From Candidatus Thorarchaeota archaeon (GTDB lineage: Archaea; Asgardarchaeota; Thorarchaeia; Thorarchaeales; Thorarchaeaceae), in NCBI GenBank assembly GCA_008080745.1, contig SHMX01000006.1:90001-122000 (forward strand): DNA of 32,000 bases, in the 5' to 3' direction. The notes under the pieces were generated by a model that was not told where the DNA came from, did not search any database, and saw only the letters and a program-made list of their open reading frames with translations. Below, in pieces: positions 17,643-24,797 of the stretch (within the stretch, counting starts at the first letter, position 1; each line of letters opens with the position of its first letter). The position numbers and the translations under genes were made by a program.

Positions 17643-18785
17643 ATGAAAGTACTGGTATTGGGTTCTGGTCTGATGGGCCGAGGTGCCGCTTTTGATCTAA
17701 AGAATAGTGACCACGTAGAAAGTGTCATTGTTGCAGATATCGACGAAAAAAGAGCACAGAAACTGGCAGATGAAATGGGGCAAAAAGTCACTGCAAAAAA
17801 AGTGGATGCGTCAAACAGAGAACAGCTCGTTGACGTATTTAATGAGGTAGATGTTGTAGTGAGTGCTGTCAGCTATCGTGTAAATCTATTACACACTGAA
17901 GTAGCCATTGAAACAGGAACTCATCTGTGTGATCTTGGAGGAAATTTTGAAGTTGTGCAAAAGCAATTAGAATTAGATGGAGAAGCAAAAGAAGCAGGAG
18001 TAACCATTATCCCAGATTGTGGACTTGCCCCGGGAATGGTAAGTGTGTTGGCGAGAGCCGCAATTGATGGGCTTACTAAAACAGAAGATGTAAAAATTAG
18101 GGTGGGAGGTCTCCAGCAAGAGCCGAGACCCCCTCTAAATTATGCTTTGATTTTCTCAGTCGAAGGTCTAATCAATGAATACATTGAGAAATGTATGGTA
18201 CTTCGTGATGGAGAAATAACCTATGAAGAGCCTCTTGTGGGATTCGAACAGATTGAATTCCCTGAGCCTTTTGGAACTCTTGAGGCATTCAATACGAGTG
18301 GCGGTACATCTACACTACCCCTCACATATGAAGGAATTATTGATAATCTTGATTACAAGACCATCCGATATCCAGGTCATGGTCATAAAATGTGGACCTT
18401 GATGAAGTTAGGCCTAATGGATAGTGAACCTCAAGAATTTGATGGTGTGAAGATTGCTCCACGAGTGGTGTTAGAAAGGCTCCTTGAACGCAATCTACCC
18501 GAGACCTCAAAGGATGCTACTCTGGTACGGGTTTCAGCCTCTGGTTGGAAAGGGACAGAATCCCGATGTATCGACTATGAGATAATTGACTATTTCGACG
18601 ATGACACTGGTCTCACATCAATGATGAGAACTACATCGTTTACTGCATCAGTAGCTGCGCTCATGATGGGAGATGGAAGGATTACTGAACGAGGTGTTGT
18701 ACCACCAGAGAGATCCATTCCACCTACACCATTCATTGAGGAGCTTCGAGCGAGAGGTATTGATATCAAAGAACGCATCTACTAG
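17643..18785 (+). CDS. Saccharopine dehydrogenase / lysine 6-dehydrogenase-family oxidoreductase
   Basis: VLVLGSGLMG Rossmann motif, DLGG, DCGLAPG, YKTIRYPGH. ATG 17643 preferred over GTG 17631. Confidence 0.9.
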   Translation: MKVLVLGSGLMGRGAAFDLKNSDHVESVIVADIDEKRAQKLADEMGQKVTAKKVDASNREQLVDVFNEVDVVVSAVSYRVNLLHTEVAIETGTHLCDLGGNFEVVQKQLELDGEAKEAGVTIIPDCGLAPGMVSVLARAAIDGLTKTEDVKIRVGGLQQEPRPPLNYALIFSVEGLINEYIEKCMVLRDGEITYEEPLVGFEQIEFPEPFGTLEAFNTSGGTSTLPLTYEGIIDNLDYKTIRYPGHGHKMWTLMKLGLMDSEPQEFDGVKIAPRVVLERLLERNLPETSKDATLVRVSASGWKGTESRCIDYEIIDYFDDDTGLTSMMRTTSFTASVAALMMGDGRITERGVVPPERSIPPTPFIEELRARGIDIKERIY

Positions 18786-18798
18786 AAGATACGAGAAA

Positions 18799-18837
18799 AC
18801 CAAGCTGCTAGTTGTTCAGTAGCTTGGTATTTTCTTT
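18799..18837 (+). terminator. Intrinsic-terminator-like hairpin
   Basis: ACCAAGCTGCT and AGTAGCTTGGT form an 11-bp stem (one G-U) with an 8-nt loop, followed by ATTTTCTTT, 13 nt after the stop. Confidence 0.65.
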
Positions 18838-18938
18838 AGAAAAGGAATGAATCACCTGAATTTCTTCTCACCACTGTCATATTTTGTTTGTTAGAGATAA
18901 AAGGGACTAGATACAACCTTTAGTTATACGCTAAAAAC

Positions 18939-19223
18939 ATGAGATTTGAAGCTTCTAAGATGATAGAAAAAATCGTGGAGGAGGAGGCAAAAGGCAACAC
19001 AACAACAGACGAAGCTCTTGCTTTTCATATCGCATCGTTCGAACAAAATAGGAAGCAATGGATTGGTGATACGGGAATAAATCCGAATTTCAACGAACAA
19101 CTTGTTGTATTGGTAGTATGGAGATTATATAGATAAGGGAAGATTCCAAGAGATGAATTCATTGAGGTTATTACAGGCAAAGATTCGGCAATTAGATCAT
19201 CTCAAACCTGCAACCACTCTTGA
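18939..19223 (+). pseudogene. Small hypothetical protein, probably interrupted by an in-frame TAA at 19134
   Basis: 65-aa ORF ending WRLYR*, with protein-like in-frame continuation GKIPRDEFIEVITGKDSAIRSSQTCNHS* to 19223. Confidence 0.45.
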
Positions 19224-19226
19224 ATT

Positions 19227-19256
19227 TTATCTGAAAAATATCAGATAATTTTCAGA
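19227..19256. promoter_or_regulatory. Interlocked inverted repeats upstream of ilvA
   Basis: TTATCTGA-N6-TCAGATAA (19227-19248) overlaps TCTGAAAA-N11-TTTTCAGA (19230-19256). Confidence 0.35.
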
Positions 19257-19309
19257 CATTCTAGGAATTGTTATCAGTCAGTCATATATTCCAAAATTGA
19301 GGTTTAGGA

Positions 19310-20530
19310 ATGAAATATGACCATATCTATGAAAAAATTCTTGATGCTCGTGACGTATTGAAGGATATCAAACATGTTACCCGTCTTGATCATTCAAGTA
19401 CATTTAGTAGATTTGCAGATGGTGAGATATACCTCAAATTAGAGAATTTACAAAAGACTGGTTCATTCAAGGTAAGAGGGGCAGCCTATGCAATGTCACA
19501 GCTTACCGATAATGAGAAGGAGGCTGGAGTTGTTGCAGCCTCAGCTGGGAATCATGCACAAGGAGTCGCTTATGCTGCAACTCGTTTGGGAATCAAATCT
19601 ACCATCGTCATGCCAGTTTTTTCTCCAGTGGCTAAGATTCAGGCAACAGAAGGATATGGTGCAGAGGTCATACTTCATGGAACCAGTTTTGATGACGCAC
19701 TTTCGCATGCCCTCGAAATTGCGGATAATTCGGACGTGACATTTCTTCATCCATTTAACGATGAAGATGTTATTGCAGGTCAGGGAACCATAGGCCTTGA
19801 GATACTTGACGAATTACCAGATGTAGAAACTATTGCCGTTCCTGTTGGAGGTGGAGGGTTGGTATCAGGTATTGCAATTGCAATAAAACATCAGAAACCA
19901 GATGTGAAAATCTATGGTGTTGAGGCTAAAAGTGCTGATGCAATGAAAGAATCATTGGCTGCTGGAAAAGTAGTTGGGGTTGAAGGGTTAGATACCATTT
20001 GTGATGGCATTGCAGTTAAAAAACCCGGCAGTATCACATTTGAGATTGCATCCGATCTTCTTGAGGGTGTCGTCAGTGTCGAAGAATTTCAGGTAACTAG
20101 AACGTTATTTCATCTGTTAGAACGTGCGAAGATTGTTGTTGAACCTGCAGGAACAGTGGGACTAGCAGCTATGCAGCACGGAGTTATTGATGTAATAGGA
20201 AAGAAAGCTGTCGCAGTACTCTCTGGTGGTAATATAGACATGAGCATGATGTCAAGATTAGTTGAGAAGGAGCTCTTTAGACTAGGTCGTTCTGTAAGAG
20301 TAAAGGGTGTAATACTGGATCGGATTGGAAGCATGAATAAAGTACTGGAAGTTGTTGCAGAATCGGGAGTGAGTGTTATTCAGATTAGCCAGGATAGAAG
20401 TGATCCAGATATTGCACCTAACAAAGCTGAATTAGAACTTGTATTGGAAGTTCCAGACCAATCAGCTGTGGATAGTATGTTAAAACTCCTTAGAGAGAAG
20501 GGCATGGAGTTTGAAATTCATGAAGACTGA
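19310..20530 (+). CDS. ilvA: Threonine ammonia-lyase, short form with one C-terminal ACT domain
   Basis: YLKLENLQKTGSFKVRGA (PLP lysine), SAGNHAQGVA, VPVGGGGL, SGGNID, and an ACT-like C-terminus. Confidence 0.95.
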   Translation: MKYDHIYEKILDARDVLKDIKHVTRLDHSSTFSRFADGEIYLKLENLQKTGSFKVRGAAYAMSQLTDNEKEAGVVAASAGNHAQGVAYAATRLGIKSTIVMPVFSPVAKIQATEGYGAEVILHGTSFDDALSHALEIADNSDVTFLHPFNDEDVIAGQGTIGLEILDELPDVETIAVPVGGGGLVSGIAIAIKHQKPDVKIYGVEAKSADAMKESLAAGKVVGVEGLDTICDGIAVKKPGSITFEIASDLLEGVVSVEEFQVTRTLFHLLERAKIVVEPAGTVGLAAMQHGVIDVIGKKAVAVLSGGNIDMSMMSRLVEKELFRLGRSVRVKGVILDRIGSMNKVLEVVAESGVSVIQISQDRSDPDIAPNKAELELVLEVPDQSAVDSMLKLLREKGMEFEIHED

Positions 20531-20638
20531 TGTGGTTTAGATTATTAGGGGATAATTAGGTTTATGATTTTAAGGAAATAAGATAATATCTCAAAAATAC
20601 ATGGATATATATCATACCGTATCACGAAGAATTGTGAT

Positions 20639-21022
20639 ATGACACCCAAAGCTAGCATCATTATTGCTGATGACGAGCCTATGCTCATCCAGTTGTACCA
20701 TGATGCAATATCTAGTCAGGGGTTTGAGATTGCTGAAACCTTTCAAAATGGCCGTGAGCTTATGGAGTACCTTACCAGAACCAACGGTAGAAAGGTAATA
20801 ATTTTGGATCATCTTATGCCCTTGTGTGATGGCATATCTATAGTCAAGAAGATCAAGCAGAATGCTAATGCTAAGGATCATTATTTCATTTTGGTAACAG
20901 GAGATATTACATCGATTGATGATGCACACAAAGCAGGTGCCGACGAGGTTCTGGTCAAACCCTTCCGTATGCATGTACTTACAAGAGCAATCACTCAAGG
21001 ACTCGCGCTTTTATCGAATTAG
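20639..21022 (+). CDS. Single-domain response regulator receiver (CheY-like)
   Basis: IIIADDEP acidic pair, phosphoacceptor Asp in ILDHLMP, Thr in LVTG, and KPF. Confidence 0.9.
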   Translation: MTPKASIIIADDEPMLIQLYHDAISSQGFEIAETFQNGRELMEYLTRTNGRKVIILDHLMPLCDGISIVKKIKQNANAKDHYFILVTGDITSIDDAHKAGADEVLVKPFRMHVLTRAITQGLALLSN

Positions 21023-21030
21023 ACTTGAGC

Positions 21031-22725
21031 TCAGAAGACAGGAGTAAGTATTAGAACATAGACAACTGTACTTAGAATAATAGATGCAATTGGATTCTTA
21101 GCTCTTATTGTAGACCAACTAATTATTAGTGTGCTGAATATTGTCAAGAGGGAAAAACGAATCATAAGGAGTGCTACTCGAATACTAAGAATCATTCCAT
21201 TTATTGCAAATAAATACACAATGATTGCAAAGAAACCTATTACCATAATCCTCGCAAATAAAGCAAAAATAAGATTGATGTCTTCCGAGTAATTAGAATT
21301 CCATTCTCGCTCTGCAAGAGAAAATCCTCGAATAATTAGAGCCTCAACCAATATGTAGAGAAGAATTGGCCCACCGATGATAATAGCCTTTACTACATTG
21401 GAGGGTTCGAGCATGTATAGTACATAGGGCGAAATTATTGATACGTCTAGTATAACAATAAAGGGAGTCATGAATAACCAAGCAAGTGTCCAAACGAGAC
21501 AGAGGGCTGTAATAGCAATAGATTTCAACAGATCTTCAAACGCATTTCGCGGATTTCGAACAAAGATGTTTACTGTATTGAAAATCATCTTGTTAGTACT
21601 TCTTCTATTACCTAAAGAGAGTACAAAAACCGAGAGGTACAAACCCACTAAGATAGCTGCTATGAATGAAACTAACGAAAAGCTTAACGTCATCGTTAGA
21701 ATTAGGAGAGATGAAGATATCAGTCCCAGAAAAGAGGAGAGAGCGATAGCATGCCCAGTAGTAGGTGGATTCTGATTCTTAGATAGAAAATGAAATTGAA
21801 ATCTCTTGGGAATAACAGAAATCAGAATGATGAATAAGGAAATGAGAGTACCAAAGAAGGTTATTGGACCGATAATGATCGAATAAGTTCGATATTGAAA
21901 GACGGTTTGAGAAACGTCCAAAGTTCTATTAAATTGTGTATTTCCCTGTATGCTGCGTATTGCCCATTCGATAGCTGAAATTGTAGTTAATTTATCATGG
22001 AGCTGAAGTTCATGGAGTGAGGAAAAGACCTGCAATCCGTAAGCATCCTGTTTTTCAAAACTACCATACATAAAAGGTAGTGGAATCTCATCCAATCCTG
22101 TTACATTTTCGAGCAATGATGTTATCAAGCTGATATTTTCGTAATTATGACCGAGTGCGAAATAGGTATTTCCTGGTAGAGTAAAATTATCAGGAAAATC
22201 TATCGATGTGGGATCACCTAATGCGATGTAGGAAGAAGGAGAGTTAGTATAATTGCTCATTGCCAGAGCTATTTGAAATCCATAAGAATAGCCAATAACT
22301 CCATACCTGTCATTTCTGATATTTGGACTGTGATTGACATAAGTGAGGAACGCAGAGTAAAAATCTCTAGCTTTTGAATTGATTATGGCAGCATCAAGAT
22401 TTGTATCTGGTTGACGTAAAGCTGATAAATCGAATGAGATGACTGTAAAGTTCCGTCTTGCCAGCTCAATATTTACAGCATAAAGAGATTCATAGGTCTG
22501 TCCAAAATCGGGTATTGTGAGAATAACTGGATAATCTGTTGGATAGGTTTGGATTCGTGGAGTAAATATTTTGCATGTGCAATTTTCATCGGTTAAGATA
22601 TCGATATCAGCAGTATCTACAGTAGCATCACCAAATCCGGTTTCTGAGGTGAATGCAAGATAAAGAGAGGATAGGGTAAGTATGGAAAGAATTAGCAACA
22701 GGACGTATTGGTATCCTCTTTTCAC
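21031..22725 (-). CDS. Membrane protein: N-terminal anchor, alpha/beta-hydrolase-like domain, multi-TM C-terminus
   Basis: PVILTIPDFG, FTVISFDL, and GVIGYSYG (GxSxG). About seven TM segments after aa 280. GTG start. Confidence 0.75.
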   Translation of the reverse strand: MKRGYQYVLLLILSILTLSSLYLAFTSETGFGDATVDTADIDILTDENCTCKIFTPRIQTYPTDYPVILTIPDFGQTYESLYAVNIELARRNFTVISFDLSALRQPDTNLDAAIINSKARDFYSAFLTYVNHSPNIRNDRYGVIGYSYGFQIALAMSNYTNSPSSYIALGDPTSIDFPDNFTLPGNTYFALGHNYENISLITSLLENVTGLDEIPLPFMYGSFEKQDAYGLQVFSSLHELQLHDKLTTISAIEWAIRSIQGNTQFNRTLDVSQTVFQYRTYSIIIGPITFFGTLISLFIILISVIPKRFQFHFLSKNQNPPTTGHAIALSSFLGLISSSLLILTMTLSFSLVSFIAAILVGLYLSVFVLSLGNRRSTNKMIFNTVNIFVRNPRNAFEDLLKSIAITALCLVWTLAWLFMTPFIVILDVSIISPYVLYMLEPSNVVKAIIIGGPILLYILVEALIIRGFSLAEREWNSNYSEDINLIFALFARIMVIGFFAIIVYLFAINGMILSIRVALLMIRFSLLTIFSTLIISWSTIRAKNPIASIILSTVVYVLILTPVF

Positions 22726-22789
22726 AGCAATTCACCCAAATATATTGTGATATGATAATCGTCGATATCATATACCGTTGTACAGAACT

Positions 22790-23062
22790 TGGACAAAGGT
22801 GGACATGAGTCCTCATCTGTAGTCTGTTTCCTGCTTCACCGCGGTTGCGTCACAACTCAGAGGATCTACGACGTCTTATCTCCTCTTCACAGGCGTTTTG
22901 TGCCTCCGTGCAACTCACGGCGGCATGCCTGTCTAAACATGATACCTAATAAATTCCGCTTCTGATGGTCTCGGCACACACTCCCAGTATCCAAGCTGCT
23001 GGTGATACCGTATACAGGTCAATATATCAAAGAGTCAATCGATATATGTCAAACCTTGTCCA
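22790..23062 (-). ncRNA. Candidate structured non-coding element of unknown class; strand tentative
   Basis: By hand count, 118 of 230 nt are G+C over 22791-23020 (51%), versus 15 of 50 just left of it. Multiple stems, an imperfect terminal IR, and no credible ORF. Confidence 0.45.
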
Positions 23063-23236
23063 CGTTTTGATCAGCTGTTGCATACCCTTTAAGCTCTCCG
23101 TATTCTTCTCATAGTCAGATTCAATATCTGTCGGAAACTATCAATTCATAAACAAGTCATTTTGCTTCAACCACAATCCTTTATCAAAAAAAGACATACC
23201 AAGCCTAAGGAATCCAAAAAAGTCTGTGATACTAAC

Positions 23237-24763
23237 ATGAAATTCTCATCTTATTTTCTATTACTGGTTATCCTTCTACTGCCGATTCCTGTACTGCACT
23301 ATGGAAATGTAAACATAGACACCTACAGAGATATAGGACCGTTAGAAGATTCAGGTCGAGAAAGTCAAGAACAAAACGAAGGATTAGTAACATGGACAAG
23401 TCCAAAAGTAACAACCCCTGTTAGTCTGGCTAATAATTCAGTCATAACTGGAGATCATATAGAGCTGAGCATTAACCCAAACCTATTCGAGTATTCAAGC
23501 TACACATCAAAGATCTACGTCGAAACGACAGGATACATCAATCACACATATACAGGTGAGTTAGTTGTACCCGATACCAACTATGATTTCACGAATTCCC
23601 CGATATATGGTTATGAAGACCAATATACTTGGATTGAGGTCAAAGGTCTTAGGCAAGGATTTCCAGTATATTTGACTGGTAATTTCACCAACGAAGATAC
23701 AGATTTCTTTGGTTGGCAAGGAAACATTGACCCGGAGGAATATACCTATCTGTATAATACCTTAGGAGATAGAATGGTTTCAAAGAGTAAACCAGAAACA
23801 GCCACAATCTATTGGAGTTATCCCTCTGATACTCTCGTAATTGCCATATTCTCTTGGAGTCACGATTCTGGAAATTTTAGTCTTCATGTTGAACAGGGAA
23901 GACATTGGGAAGAAACCAATGAGAACCTTCCAGCAGAATTTGACTCTTATCAAATGGGTTCCAACTACAGTATCAATCTTGAAGCGTTTGTGTCTTCATC
24001 GAGAGGTAATATCTCTCAATATTATGTTAATGTCACCCTCCAGAATTTCTTTGCTCCACAAGTAGAAGATATCCAATTGCATGGCAATCAGACACATGTT
24101 GAAGTTAGATGGTCAGTTCTTGATAGAAATATCAATGAAACTCATATATGCGAAATTCATATCTCAAGAACCAGATCCACCAGTAGTTCGTTGTTAGGGT
24201 ATGCGTTCAATGATGACTGGTTTTTCGAGTATAATACAACTGACCTGCTTCTTGCTGATGATTACTATTTAATCATCACTGCCATAGATTCAGGGAATAT
24301 TCAAGGTTCAGAAACAACAGGAGAATTTACCGCTGGAGACGTCTTCCAGACTCCAGCTAGAATTGTGAGAGAAATCCAATTAATAGGGCATTCCTTGCTA
24401 TCATTTGTTAACGGGTCTGAAGGAAATCTGTTGAGATGGGTCGTATCTGGAAATTTTTCATTTCAATACCAGATAGTAATTGATGGTTTAGTGGTAAGAC
24501 ATACTATCTGGAAAGAAGGCCCAATTGAAATAAATTTAGATTATTTGGAACAAGGTGAACACCATGTAATTGTGCAAGCCTCTTGTGCAGTCCAATCAGC
24601 ATATGGGAAAGCGGAAACAATGGTTATCGTATATGATCCGATGCTAAAAAACAAGGGATATCTAGATAATGAGTTTATTTCAGCAAGCGCCGCTATATTG
24701 ATTCTAGCTCTTTCGATGGTTATTGTAGAAGTCACTATTTCTCGGTCACCAATTGAAAAATAA
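23237..24763 (+). CDS. Single-pass surface protein (PPC-like and Ig-like domains), paralog of 27720..29243
   Basis: Signal peptide MKFSSYFLLLVILLLPIPVL at ATG 23237. C-terminal TM FISASAAILILALSMVIVEV. Collinear motifs with the 27720 gene. Confidence 0.8.
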   Translation: MKFSSYFLLLVILLLPIPVLHYGNVNIDTYRDIGPLEDSGRESQEQNEGLVTWTSPKVTTPVSLANNSVITGDHIELSINPNLFEYSSYTSKIYVETTGYINHTYTGELVVPDTNYDFTNSPIYGYEDQYTWIEVKGLRQGFPVYLTGNFTNEDTDFFGWQGNIDPEEYTYLYNTLGDRMVSKSKPETATIYWSYPSDTLVIAIFSWSHDSGNFSLHVEQGRHWEETNENLPAEFDSYQMGSNYSINLEAFVSSSRGNISQYYVNVTLQNFFAPQVEDIQLHGNQTHVEVRWSVLDRNINETHICEIHISRTRSTSSSLLGYAFNDDWFFEYNTTDLLLADDYYLIITAIDSGNIQGSETTGEFTAGDVFQTPARIVREIQLIGHSLLSFVNGSEGNLLRWVVSGNFSFQYQIVIDGLVVRHTIWKEGPIEINLDYLEQGEHHVIVQASCAVQSAYGKAETMVIVYDPMLKNKGYLDNEFISASAAILILALSMVIVEVTISRSPIEK

Positions 24764-24789
24764 AAAAGAAAGCTCCAAAGGATGGAGCT
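24764..24789 (-). terminator. Intrinsic-terminator-like hairpin for ppdK
   Basis: AGCTCCA-AAGGA-TGGAGCT (24771-24789) is a perfect 7-bp stem. On the minus strand it is followed by TTTCTTTTTT. Confidence 0.7.
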
Positions 24790-24797
24790 ATCTAGTT

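Noticed and set aside
2708-19136. TAA reassigned as a sense codon (alternative genetic code)
   Set aside because: TAA terminates clearly complete genes (thrS, the SDR, the PLP enzyme, both surface paralogs), and frameshifts co-occur with the internal stops. Mutation or assembly error is simpler.
22790-23062. Assignment as RNase P RNA, SRP RNA, group I intron, TPP/SAM/yybP riboswitch or hammerhead
   Set aside because: Only isolated short look-alikes are present (CAGACTA, ACAAAACG, GGGAGT..GAGACC, CTGATG). The required partner motifs (GAGGAAAGTCC, CAGG-GGAA-AGCA, AAGATATAGTC, CTGAGA, CTGATGA..GAAA) are missing or out of order.
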